From Dehalococcoidia bacterium (GTDB lineage: Bacteria > Chloroflexota > Dehalococcoidia > UBA6926), in the NCBI GenBank assembly GCA_965224255.1, contig CBDCYO010000005.1, forward strand, positions 963,223-1,027,222: a DNA stretch of 64,000 bases, in the 5' to 3' direction. This document shows, piece by piece, positions 9,110-18,358 of the stretch. The notes under the pieces are model-generated. The model saw only the letters and a program-made list of their open reading frames with translations. It was not told the DNA's origin and made no database searches. The stretch's first letter is position 1; every line of letters begins with the position of its first letter. A program made the translations under genes and the position numbers.

Positions 9110-10084
9110 CTATCCCAACTCCTCCGAAAATGGCGCCATTGCACGCGCCAGATCACTCCGAGCATGAGCGCGCACCAACCCCTCACCCTCCGGCGGATCG
9201 TCCTCATCATCCGATGTATCACGCGCTGGCGGGCCGCCCAGGCCACGGTCAACAAGGTCGTGCGCGTTGCGGACGTACCCTCGGAATTCGGAGCCACCGG
9301 ACGGCGGGAAAGACGGACGCCCCCGCTGGGAGGGATGCTGATACACCTCGCCGATGATGACCTGCACGCCATCGATGGCATGATCGCGCAGGAACGCCGC
9401 CTCGTATCGATTACCCGCGTCCATGAGTGACAGAATCCGTTGAGCAAGCTGAGGATGGACGCGGCCCACCACGTCCCCACGGCAGGAATGCAAAGGCAAC
9501 CTGCTGCCCTCACGGGTCAGTGTCAACAGATCACCACTGCTCAAGCGGCCGACCGCGTCGGGGTCCGGTACGTCAATGAGCGTTGCGATGGTGCGTTTGC
9601 CCGCATCATTCATCAGCAGATGGCCGGAATGGACGTTGCGGTTCAGCGTCTCCGGGCTAACGTGGAGAGTGTTCGGCGTCGGTGCGGTGCCCGTTGCCCC
9701 GGCCTTCCGCGCAGATCTGATTCCTGCCGGTGCGGGCCCGGATGGCACGGCGCCGTTTGCCCTGCGTGTCCCGGACGCAGCCAACTTCCGTGTGCCTTCC
9801 ACTCGCTCAAGCCGATCGCGATTGCGGCGAGCAATCGTGTTTGACGGATCAATCCGAAGAGCGCTCTCGACAGCCTCGCGCGCCTCGTGAAGCTCTTCCA
9901 TCTCAAGCAGCGCCTTGGCGAGTCGATTCAGCGCCTCGATGTTCGAGGGCGCGAGCCGGAGAAGCGCCCTGTTGACCTCAACAGCCAGCCGCCAATCCTG
10001 GCTCAGCGCATAGGCAATGGCTGTTTCTGTCAGTTCCCTGGTTTTGCGGACGCGGGTGCGCTCATCTATTTCTACTGCTGTCAT
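9110..10084 (-). CDS. TPR-repeat protein with an uncharacterised C-terminal domain
   Basis: TPR-like helical repeats (AIAYALSQDWRLAVEVNRALLRLAPSNIEALNRLAKALLEMEELHEAREAVESALRIDPSN), then a ~170-aa domain with no recognisable motifs. Start assigned to MTAVEID (ATG 10084-10082). Confidence 0.5.
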   Translation of the reverse strand: MTAVEIDERTRVRKTRELTETAIAYALSQDWRLAVEVNRALLRLAPSNIEALNRLAKALLEMEELHEAREAVESALRIDPSNTIARRNRDRLERVEGTRKLAASGTRRANGAVPSGPAPAGIRSARKAGATGTAPTPNTLHVSPETLNRNVHSGHLLMNDAGKRTIATLIDVPDPDAVGRLSSGDLLTLTREGSRLPLHSCRGDVVGRVHPQLAQRILSLMDAGNRYEAAFLRDHAIDGVQVIIGEVYQHPSQRGRPSFPPSGGSEFRGYVRNAHDLVDRGLGGPPARDTSDDEDDPPEGEGLVRAHARSDLARAMAPFSEELG

Positions 10085-10351
10085 AGCGGATGCCCTGCCT
10101 CCCATGACCCGAATAACACCTCTTGGCGCAGGGAACACAGAGACGGGACGCAATGAACGCGACAACCTGGCAGGGTCTCCCGTAGGACACCAATTCGACG
10201 CCGCGACACGGGCTGCCACAGCATCAGCCGCCGCCTCATCGTTCCTGCCGCCTCCCCGCGCTAGTGGACGGCAGTTTTCGAACTCAGTCCAAAATCTATT
10301 GTCCGCTATGTGTCAACCCCACAGCGAGCATGGGGGAACGCCCGGTGAGCC

Positions 10352-13300
10352 TCAGACGCGCGCCCCGGCCGGCAGGGACGACAGCTCTGCCAGCGAGGCA
10401 ACGATGTCGGTGGTACGAAGGCTGACCGTCGTCACTCGGTGCAGCAGGTCGATGACGTGTTCCTTATGATCCGCAAAGCGATAGCTGTTGAAGTGCTCCC
10501 GAATCGTTGGGTCGCGAGGCGGCTTTTCTTTGTACTGATCGATGATCCACTCGAGGGCGCTGCGGTTACCCAGGCGATACTCCCAGGCCCCGGACGGCAC
10601 ATCGTGCAACGTCGTCTGCTCATCCAAGCGGATGATGCCCCGCCCCGTGTCCGCCCTCAGCATGGCCTTGGGCGTGGCACCCTCGCCACGACCCGCCAGA
10701 ACCGTGTCGACGCGCCTCAGGGGATACGGGTCCGCCGACTCAAACCCAATGTGCACGTCAAGGAGCTCCTGACCCAGGCGCGCCCACTCATGGAAATCGT
10801 CATGGAACGGGAGCCTGGGAAACCCGCGCGTCAGGTCGATGGCGTATTTCTCACGCCAGACGGGGTCATGCAGGGCGGCATAGGTGTACGCGAATATCTG
10901 CTCCGGCGTGATGGACTCGTCATCATAGCGGTCACGGAACTGGCGCAAACCCCATTCCGTGATGTTGCTCACGCGCGTCCCATCCTCCCGGTAGCGATAG
11001 AGGGGGAGGCATTGGGTATCACCAGTGAGATGGAGGTCTGGAAGCCGATTCGTGGCCAAAGCGCGAAACGGTACCGCCCCGGCGATGTTCAGGAAGCAAA
11101 TAACGCGGTTGTCACTTCGGAGGTCCTGGCCAAACATCTCGTAGTGGTTTGCTGTCAGCCTGTCGCTCATTTCGCGCACCGAGGAATAGTGCTTAGCGAC
11201 GAACGGTCTGTAGGAGGCCATTACAGGTGTGGACTCGGAATAATCAATCTTGCGGGATGCTTGAAGGTGGTTCCTAAGGCCCTCACTCCACTTTATTGCC
11301 AGATCGAGATTCCTGTCCCCATTGTCGACTGAAGTATTGAATCTGGCGGCAAAAAATGACGTCTTCGCCCCAAGCTGCCGCTCATCGAAGTCATATACCC
11401 ATTCGTCCCGTGCAGTGACGACGCCAGGGGAATACAGGCCGAACACCGCATTCTCATCTGCACGACTCTTGGCGAGCTTCGTCTCGCGGTTTGCTACGGG
11501 AATCAATGACTCGAAATCAGAATCCGATTGGTTCAGCCAGTTGGCTTTTGCGTCAGGAACAATCTCTGTGAACGGCGTAGCGGCGAGATTAAGCCCCTTT
11601 ACGAACCTGATCTTATCGGGAGCCTTTGTATAATCCGCGACTCTCCCATAGTGAATGCGAAACAGGGAACTCTCGCCCTTACGTACGAGAAAATAGATGG
11701 CGACTCCAACTCGGATCTTGTCTTCAAAGACATTCCCACCTTCACGCCTGCGTCTCTCACCTGAAGTCCGCGCGTTGCCGGTCATGTCGACAAGCCACAA
11801 TTCATTGAATTCTTGCGCCACGATTTTGCGGAAGCCATCGTCCTGGTGCGACTGTAGAAAGGCGCGGTTGGTGACAAACGCGATGATGCCGTCGTCTGCG
11901 AGCCGGTCTGACGCCCAGCGGATGAAGCGCTTGTACATGTCGTACTGTTTCGACTTCTGTGCGGTACTCTTCTTGACGTATGTCTCCTTGATGCGCTGAT
12001 CAATGGCCGGGTATTTCCTGTTTGGATTCAGATCATTCTCGTTCTGCTGGTTGGCGTTGTACGGCGGGTTGCCGATGATGACGCTGATCGTGCGTTCATT
12101 CTGGGTCTGCACGCGCATCCAGTTGTCGACTGAGAGTCCCCCCAGATTGAACCCCGACTGGCGAGTGACGGCTTCGCCCCCCGCGCCACTCTGTTGCCAG
12201 TCCATGTTGTCCAGTGTGTCGACGAAGGCGAGTCCGGGAAATCTGCTGTACGATCCGGTGCGCTCCTTGTAGGTGTATTCGATGTTGAGATTGGCGATGT
12301 AGTAGGGAAGAATGGCCATCTCATTGGCGTGGATCTCATTGTGGTACTTGTAGTCCAGTCGGTCATGGGGCAGGTGGTTGATGAGGCTGGTGATGAACGT
12401 GCCCGTCCCCGTGGCCGGATCAAGGATCTCGACGTTGTCATCCGCCAGCGAGCGGCCAAAGTGCGTCTTCAGCAGGTAATCCGTTCCTTGAATCATGAAG
12501 TCGACAATTTCGTTGGGCGTGTAGACGATGCCGAGCCTGTCGGCGTCTTTCGGGTTGTACGCCTTGTAAAAATCCTCGTAGATCACCTTGAGGAAGGTCT
12601 GCTTTTCCTGAAAGTCGGAGATGGTGTCGGCGGCACGAGCGATTGCCCCGTAGTAGGCCCGCAGGCGGTCAATGCTGTTGCGCCGAACAGCGCCAGTGAA
12701 GAATGTGCCCTCAAGGTCGTTCAACTGGCTGGCGATTGTGTTCTCGCGGTGAAACTGATCCTCGGCAAAGACGCGCAGGAAGATGTCCTTGGTGAGGATA
12801 TGCTGCAACAGCATCTCGCGAACGTCGCCCTCGGAGACATCGCCACCAATGGTCCCGCGGCAATGCTGGAGGAACGCTGCGGCCTTGCCGCGGTAGGTCG
12901 CGTTAGCGGCCTCTGCCTCGTCGATCGTCTCACGGAGGCCGCTCAACACAGTGGGCAGATCAGTGCTGAATTGCCGTTGCGCCCTGCGAAACTCTTCGAT
13001 CTCAGGAAGTTCATAGTCGAGAAATCTCGTTATGAGGCGATGGAGATCGGGCGCCTCCGCCATGTTGGTGCGCATGGCCTCAGCGCCGTTCTGAAAGAGC
13101 ACGGCAACGCGGCTGTCCTCAAAGATGATGTTGCTTCTCGGGTAGCCGCGATTGAGCTTGTTCTGGATCTCCCTGTCAAGGTCGTCCCTGGTATCCTTAG
13201 CCTCCCAGTACCCGCGAGCAAGGCGCAGGCTGTCCTTCACCGTGCCGTCGGGACGGTTCCTGTTCCCCGACTCCAACTCGGGCACGAGGGCAAGGCGTTC

Positions 13301-13438
13301 AGGATGATTCCGGCAATAGCCGTCAAGGCATACTTCAAACGCACGCCTGGTTGAGGATTCGTTGGCTGACCCACCATAGGTGATGAGCCTGTTCAGTTCC
13401 TCGTGATAGGCATCAATGTGTGGGTAGGCGGAGGCCAT
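10352..13438 (-). CDS. Type IIG restriction-modification enzyme, MmeI-like (N-terminal PD-(D/E)xK endonuclease + gamma-class N6-adenine methyltransferase + C-terminal target-recognition region)
   Basis: 1028 aa. N-terminal D-X9-E-X-K (KDSLRLARGYWEAKD). SAM motif I LDPATGTGTF. Motif IV IIGNPPYNANQ (NPPY). Long C-terminal region without motifs (TRD). No separate M, S or R gene adjacent. Confidence 0.7.
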   Translation of the reverse strand: MASAYPHIDAYHEELNRLITYGGSANESSTRRAFEVCLDGYCRNHPERLALVPELESGNRNRPDGTVKDSLRLARGYWEAKDTRDDLDREIQNKLNRGYPRSNIIFEDSRVAVLFQNGAEAMRTNMAEAPDLHRLITRFLDYELPEIEEFRRAQRQFSTDLPTVLSGLRETIDEAEAANATYRGKAAAFLQHCRGTIGGDVSEGDVREMLLQHILTKDIFLRVFAEDQFHRENTIASQLNDLEGTFFTGAVRRNSIDRLRAYYGAIARAADTISDFQEKQTFLKVIYEDFYKAYNPKDADRLGIVYTPNEIVDFMIQGTDYLLKTHFGRSLADDNVEILDPATGTGTFITSLINHLPHDRLDYKYHNEIHANEMAILPYYIANLNIEYTYKERTGSYSRFPGLAFVDTLDNMDWQQSGAGGEAVTRQSGFNLGGLSVDNWMRVQTQNERTISVIIGNPPYNANQQNENDLNPNRKYPAIDQRIKETYVKKSTAQKSKQYDMYKRFIRWASDRLADDGIIAFVTNRAFLQSHQDDGFRKIVAQEFNELWLVDMTGNARTSGERRRREGGNVFEDKIRVGVAIYFLVRKGESSLFRIHYGRVADYTKAPDKIRFVKGLNLAATPFTEIVPDAKANWLNQSDSDFESLIPVANRETKLAKSRADENAVFGLYSPGVVTARDEWVYDFDERQLGAKTSFFAARFNTSVDNGDRNLDLAIKWSEGLRNHLQASRKIDYSESTPVMASYRPFVAKHYSSVREMSDRLTANHYEMFGQDLRSDNRVICFLNIAGAVPFRALATNRLPDLHLTGDTQCLPLYRYREDGTRVSNITEWGLRQFRDRYDDESITPEQIFAYTYAALHDPVWREKYAIDLTRGFPRLPFHDDFHEWARLGQELLDVHIGFESADPYPLRRVDTVLAGRGEGATPKAMLRADTGRGIIRLDEQTTLHDVPSGAWEYRLGNRSALEWIIDQYKEKPPRDPTIREHFNSYRFADHKEHVIDLLHRVTTVSLRTTDIVASLAELSSLPAGARV

Positions 13439-13483
13439 AGCAACGTCAGTGTAGCAACAATGCGCCCCATTCCCGACGGCGCG

Positions 13484-14200
13484 CTATCGTCCGCCCCGCC
13501 GCAGCCGCACGCGGATGATTTCTGCCAGGGTTTGTGGGCCATGCCGAAGGCGAACGGTGCTCATTTCACCGTATCGCCACGTCACGGGGCGTTCCAGCAC
13601 TCTCATGCCCCATCGCCGTGCCAGATACAGCACCTCGGCATCGAAGCCGAACCCGTCGATGCGCTGCGTCCCAAACAGTCGCTCAGCCGCCTGTGCGCGA
13701 AACGCCTTGAAGCCGCACTGCGTATCGTGGGGTTTCAGCCCCAGGATTGTGCGCGTTGCGAGGCTGATGACCCGACTGCCAATGCGGCGCGTTATGGGTT
13801 CGCCACTTCGCTCTGCGCCGGGCATGGACCGTGAGCCCATCACCACGTCTGCCTCTTGTATGTCCTCCATGAAGTGCGCGATTGTGTCCAGGGGAACGGC
13901 CAAATCCACGTCCATGAAGAGGCGCACAGTCCCGCGCGCCTCGAGCATTCCACGCCGCACGGCATGTCCCTTGCCGCGATGGGGTAATGACAACAGCCGA
14001 ACGCGCTTGGATTGTGCCGCAAACGCACGGGTGATGGCCTCCGTTCGGTCTCTGCTGCCGTCGCTTGCAATAAGCACTTCCGCGTCCGGGAAATGGGAAT
14101 CCAGATAGCGTGTGACGGCCTCAAGCGAGGCGGGCAATCGCGCCTCCTCGTTGTATGCGGGGATGATGACGGATAGCGGAGGGGCGGCCGGTTCTGTCAC
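13484..14200 (-). CDS. Family 2 glycosyltransferase (dolichyl-phosphate/polyprenol sugar transferase-like)
   Basis: LSVIIPAYNEE ... ASDGSRD ... DxD-type motif (MDVDLA). Confidence 0.8.
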   Translation of the reverse strand: MTEPAAPPLSVIIPAYNEEARLPASLEAVTRYLDSHFPDAEVLIASDGSRDRTEAITRAFAAQSKRVRLLSLPHRGKGHAVRRGMLEARGTVRLFMDVDLAVPLDTIAHFMEDIQEADVVMGSRSMPGAERSGEPITRRIGSRVISLATRTILGLKPHDTQCGFKAFRAQAAERLFGTQRIDGFGFDAEVLYLARRWGMRVLERPVTWRYGEMSTVRLRHGPQTLAEIIRVRLRRGGR

Positions 14201-14218
14201 GGGACGCCTCTTCTCAAG

Positions 14219-15451
14219 CTAGAGGGGAATATCGTCCGGCGATTCCAGTCTGAACGCACGGTGAAGGGCACGGACGGCATCCTCCACACGCTCCTGATGC
14301 ACCACGCACGTCAGGCTGATTTCAGCTGTTGTGATCATCTCGATGTTGACGTCGGCGTCACGGAGCGCGCGGAACATTGCACCCGCGTAGCCTGGCGCAT
14401 TGTTTAGCCCCGCGCCAATGATGCTGACCTTTGCCAAATGATCGTCGACTGTCACATCTGCCGCACCAATATCCTCACGAATCACCCGCATCTGGTCCAG
14501 AGTGGCCGGCAGATCTGCCAGCATCACGGTGAAGGAGAGGTCACTGAGACCATGTTGACCGGCGTTTTGCACGATGATGTCGACACTGATACCTGCATCG
14601 GCGAGTGGGGAAAAGACATTGGCCGCGATGCCAGGCCGATCCGGCACGCCCAGCACGGTAACCCGTGCGATACCGGCATCATGCGCAATCCCCCGCACCT
14701 TGTTGCGATTCTCCATCAATTCTCCTCCGTGAATGCGTGTGCCGCCAGACTCATCGGCGAGACGCGAGGCCACCAGGATGGGCACATCGTAGACCCAGCC
14801 GAGTTCGACGGCACGGTTGTGCATGACGCGTGCGCCCGCACTCGCCATCTCCAACATCTCGTTGTACGCGATGTCTGTGAGGCGGCGGGCTTCCGGGACG
14901 ATGCGCGGATCCGCGGAGTAGATGCCGTCAACGTCCGTGTAGATCTCACAGATAGGCGCACGCAGTTCGACGGCAAGCGCCACGGCCGTCGTATCGGACC
15001 CGCCCCGCCCGAGTGTCGTGATCTCCATGTCATCAGTCGTGCCCTGAAAGCCGGCGACAACGACAATGTTGCCCCGGTCGATCTCCTCGCGCAGCCGCTT
15101 TGGTTCAATCTGCGTGATACGGGCACGGGAATAGTCCGTGTCGGTCCGGATGCCCGCCTGAAAGCCGCTGAGGCTGACCGCGCCGAGGCCAAGATCGCGC
15201 AGTGCCATCGCCAACAGCGCACCGGAGACCACCTCACCCGTCGAGAGCAGCAGATCCATCTCCCGCGGCGCGGGGTTGTGTGAGACGCGACGACCCAGTT
15301 CGATGAGCTGATTCGTCGTCTGCCCCATCGCCGAGACGACGATGACAAGGTCATCTCCGGCGTGGCGCTCACCTGCCACGCGCTTGGCGATACGGAGGAT
15401 ATGATCGGCGGACGCAACGGAAGTCCCACCGTATTTCTGTACCCTGAGCAT
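14219..15451 (-). CDS. lysC: Aspartate kinase
   Basis: MLRVQKYGGTSVA N-terminus, amino-acid kinase fold and two C-terminal ACT-like segments. Start chosen at MLRVQKYGG (ATG 15451-15449), 10 nt after the thrB stop. Confidence 0.85.
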   Translation of the reverse strand: MLRVQKYGGTSVASADHILRIAKRVAGERHAGDDLVIVVSAMGQTTNQLIELGRRVSHNPAPREMDLLLSTGEVVSGALLAMALRDLGLGAVSLSGFQAGIRTDTDYSRARITQIEPKRLREEIDRGNIVVVAGFQGTTDDMEITTLGRGGSDTTAVALAVELRAPICEIYTDVDGIYSADPRIVPEARRLTDIAYNEMLEMASAGARVMHNRAVELGWVYDVPILVASRLADESGGTRIHGGELMENRNKVRGIAHDAGIARVTVLGVPDRPGIAANVFSPLADAGISVDIIVQNAGQHGLSDLSFTVMLADLPATLDQMRVIREDIGAADVTVDDHLAKVSIIGAGLNNAPGYAGAMFRALRDADVNIEMITTAEISLTCVVHQERVEDAVRALHRAFRLESPDDIPL

Positions 15452-15461
15452 GGTCGTCTGC

Positions 15462-16391
15462 CTAGTGAACGACGTACGCGCCGCGCTCAGACGGTGCCAG
15501 GACATGCACGCGCCCGGCAAGGTTGAGAGTCCGCGCCGACTCTTTCATGGCAGTCGCGACAGTATCAGTCCGCTCCGGTGGGGACATGGACAGTATCGTG
15601 GGGCCGGCGCCGGAGAGGAACGCCGTGTATGCGCCTGCCGCCTTGGCCGCACGCGTCAGAGGCGAGAGCCCAGGCACGAGCTCCGCACGGTAGGGCTGAT
15701 GCAACCTGTCCTCAGTTGCCAACGCGAGATCAGCCCACTGGTGCGTCATGAAGGCCCGGACGAGTAAGGCCGTGCGCGCCACATTGAATGAGGCATCACG
15801 CAAGGGAACGTGGCGAGGGAGAGCCGCGCGTGCCTTCGCCGTCGGAAGTTCGTCGTCTGGCACGAACGCGATGCACGCCAGATCACCGGGGAAAGCCAGT
15901 TGACGCGCAACAGGATGATCATCCTCCGACATGATGGCGACGCATACGCCGCCCAGAAGGGCCGGCGCGGCGTTGTCCGGATGACCCTCCAAGTGCGTTG
16001 CATCCGCCAACATATCGTCCACGGCGTATTCATGTTTGCTCAGAACGCTGGCGGTGAGTAGTCCCGCGGCGGTCGCGGCGGCGCTGCTGCCTAGCCCACG
16101 CGCCAGCGGAATCGCGTTATCGACAGTGGCGCGCATCGACGGCAACTCCACGCCATGGCGTGATGCCCCGAGCGCGGCAGCGCGAAAGATGAGATTGTCG
16201 TCAGCCGAACCCGCCAGGGCGTCCGCGTCTGGGCCGTTCAGCACGATATCGTTTTCCCCCGCGGACTCAATACGCACATCAAGCCAGAGGTCAAGCGCCA
16301 TGCCGACAGCGTCAAAGGCGGAGCCAAAGTTCGCCGTTGAGGCAGGGGCGCGGACTGAAAAAGGCGGGAATTCCCGGGTCAGAGTCGCCAT
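15462..16391 (-). CDS. thrB: Homoserine kinase (GHMP kinase)
   Basis: PASTANFGSAFD N-terminal motif and GHMP motif PLARGLGSSAAATAAGL. Start placed at MATLTREF (ATG 16391-16389) rather than the longer track ORF. Confidence 0.8.
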   Translation of the reverse strand: MATLTREFPPFSVRAPASTANFGSAFDAVGMALDLWLDVRIESAGENDIVLNGPDADALAGSADDNLIFRAAALGASRHGVELPSMRATVDNAIPLARGLGSSAAATAAGLLTASVLSKHEYAVDDMLADATHLEGHPDNAAPALLGGVCVAIMSEDDHPVARQLAFPGDLACIAFVPDDELPTAKARAALPRHVPLRDASFNVARTALLVRAFMTHQWADLALATEDRLHQPYRAELVPGLSPLTRAAKAAGAYTAFLSGAGPTILSMSPPERTDTVATAMKESARTLNLAGRVHVLAPSERGAYVVH

Positions 16392-16882
16392 GAATCCAGT
16401 ATAAAGACAATCAGGCGGGAACATTCCATGCGCTACACATCGCACACCCGCCCACGTGGACTGTCCGCCGACAGTTTCGGCGACAAATCGCTTTACATCG
16501 ACGCACAGACGTGCTGGATTGTCACTCCCAACGAGAGCGCGTCCGGCTCGCCCATGAGTCATCGCGCCGTCGCAGGCTGCACTCGTTCACGTATATCAAG
16601 AGGGTCAAGAATGTCCAACCCAATAACATCGGCACTGGATTCTGAAGGACAACGAACGCACATAGACAGTGCGGATAGGGGCGCCCGATACTCAGGCTTT
16701 TCGCCTCACGCTGATTGTGAATTGTATCCGGTGTTCAGACGGCAGGGCCAGCGCTCGTCGTTTTCGCATATGCCGAACCGAATGAACTGCTCACCCCCAT
16801 CTGGGGAATCGGACCTGCACAAGAGAAAGAACAGGAATGGCTAGCGTTCTATGAAGATCAGCGAAGCGGCTGTCCTGCATGC

Positions 16883-17368
16883 GTGACGTGGAGGCGGAGT
16901 GAGCCGCATTTCCATAACGAATCCCCAGCCCCGAACGATTCTCCCTTCTTCACAGAAATCCTTTGGCACTGTTCCACATGTCTGCAGCCGCACGTCTTTG
17001 ACCTTCTCAAAAATGCCGCTCGGGTTGCGAGCGAGGTATCCCTCTATGGTCGTGCCATTCGGCCGGACATCACACTGTTCGATGATAAGGACACGCCCGT
17101 GGCCTTTTTCGAATTCAAAAAGACCAACCTGAGCAAGAAAGTGGAACTCATCGCAAAAGAGAAGGGCATTCCGTTGTTTGTTATAGACGTGACCGAAGAT
17201 GGCGCAGAACGCCGAATGCTGCACAATCCTCAGGATAGATGGTGGAAGCACGCGCCGGAGGTGACCGAGGAGACCAGTTCATTCCTTGAAGCTTCGGGTT
17301 CCCTGAAGCTTCGGGTTCCCTGCCAGGTCCAAGCATGGAACGACTCTTCGATGAGAACAGCAAATTGA
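16883..17368 (+). CDS. Hypothetical small protein with a candidate PD-(D/E)xK nuclease motif (lower-GC islet)
   Basis: RPDITLFDDKDTPVAFFEFKKT matches the D ... (hydrophobic)3-E-x-K pattern of restriction-endonuclease-fold proteins; preceded by a Cys/His patch (HCSTCLQPH). Local GC ~50-52% versus ~64% elsewhere. An antisense ORF (16841..17251) competes. Confidence 0.4.
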   Translation: MTWRRSEPHFHNESPAPNDSPFFTEILWHCSTCLQPHVFDLLKNAARVASEVSLYGRAIRPDITLFDDKDTPVAFFEFKKTNLSKKVELIAKEKGIPLFVIDVTEDGAERRMLHNPQDRWWKHAPEVTEETSSFLEASGSLKLRVPCQVQAWNDSSMRTAN

Positions 17369-17494
17369 CGTGGTCAGGAATCACTGACGTGCCGAATCCT
17401 CAGAACGCGTCCGAGTGGGCGACCGTACCCTCCCCAAGGATAGGGCCGTATCTCCTAGCGACGTGGAGCTCGCTGCGCCGCGATTCGCAGAAGG

Positions 17495-17533
17495 CTCAGT
17501 ATCGCCATTGGGGAAATAGCGATACTGAGCCTG
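17495..17533. terminator. Perfect 13-bp inverted repeat GGCTCAGTATCGC-(13 nt)-GCGATACTGAGCC between convergent genes; candidate bidirectional terminator
   Basis: Hairpin lies 11 nt beyond the stop of the minus-strand gene 17544..18326 and 127 nt beyond the stop of 16883..17368; weak U-tract on the minus side. Confidence 0.35.
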
Positions 17534-17543
17534 TCGGCGGAAG

Positions 17544-18326
17544 CTAGATGATAAAGATCTCCGGGTTGTGCGCCGCCACGGCTTCCCATAGTCGCATAGC
17601 CCTTTGTGTTCCTCCCTGCTCAGCCGGATCAATCACCATCCTGCCGGAACGTGTATAGGAGCCGATGGTTTGTAGTTCGGTGCGGTTGGCGCTCCATATC
17701 CATGGGCGATTCTGCGCAGTCAACAGGGTGGCCTCCGTGAATTCACGATCAAGCGGCACTGCTCTGAGCAACCGCAAAGAGGCCCTTGGATCTCCTTTCC
17801 ACACCCAGAACTTGTTGAGCGCGCCTGAATGGTAGGCTGCACGCCGGATATGGGCGTTCGCGCCAAACACTGTGAAGTCGCGTCCCTTGGGGAACTCTGT
17901 CACGTCCCGCAGCACCTCTGTCACACGAAAGAAGCCGATGAGATAGAACCCCGCCGCGTTGTCCTCCGCGACAAGCCGGGCAAGAAAGATCAGGTAATCG
18001 CCGGGGCCACATGACGTCAGGCCCGCTGCCCGTCCCGTCGTCTGCGGGTTGTCGCCGTATGTGAACGTGCGGAACTCCGGGTCATCGTGCAGCCGATCAT
18101 TCCACCGCGAAACGGAGGCATAGTCTGCGAGCGTCCTATCCGGGTCGTTGAAGGCTGTGAGTTTAGGGTACGCTGGGAGGGTGGGTGACCACCATCGTCG
18201 TTCCTCCGGTATGGGCAGAAACTCAAATGTTCCGTCGGCGAAGATGGGACTTCGGAGAGAGCCGTGAGAGGCGTTTACACCGACGTTGACAAGGAAAAGA
18301 CGCGCGGCAGGATCAACAGAAACCAC
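17544..18326 (-). CDS. Hypothetical protein, 260 aa, no recognisable family
   Basis: Long ORF with reasonable codon usage and no motif I can assign. Convergent with the PD-(D/E)xK-like ORF. GC somewhat below flanking genes. Confidence 0.5.
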   Translation of the reverse strand: MVSVDPAARLFLVNVGVNASHGSLRSPIFADGTFEFLPIPEERRWWSPTLPAYPKLTAFNDPDRTLADYASVSRWNDRLHDDPEFRTFTYGDNPQTTGRAAGLTSCGPGDYLIFLARLVAEDNAAGFYLIGFFRVTEVLRDVTEFPKGRDFTVFGANAHIRRAAYHSGALNKFWVWKGDPRASLRLLRAVPLDREFTEATLLTAQNRPWIWSANRTELQTIGSYTRSGRMVIDPAEQGGTQRAMRLWEAVAAHNPEIFII

Positions 18327-18358
18327 GGAGGGCTCCGTTCAGTGGCCTCGGGGGTCGT

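Noticed and set aside
8080-9513. Long N-terminal extension (154 aa) of the ABC ATPase ORF
   Set aside because: The extension overlaps the upstream TPR gene in another frame, is Arg/Cys/Trp-rich with no homology, and the conserved ABC sequence begins right after an internal ATG at 9051.
10439-13354. Large antisense ORFs (10439..11332, 12194..13354) inside the Type IIG gene; similar antisense ORFs at 5168..5992, 14438..15283, 46017..46907, 47680..48189, 55965..56771 and 38263..38988
   Set aside because: Typical high-GC antisense open frames: no motifs, Arg/Ala/Gly-rich composition, and fully overlapped by well-supported genes on the other strand.
16392-16570. Possible lysine/SAM/T-box leader upstream of thrB-lysC
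   Set aside because: The ~170-nt leader has no recognisable L-box, S-box or T-box consensus segments on inspection, and the track ORF extension into it (to 16562) is not homologous to ThrB. Left unannotated.
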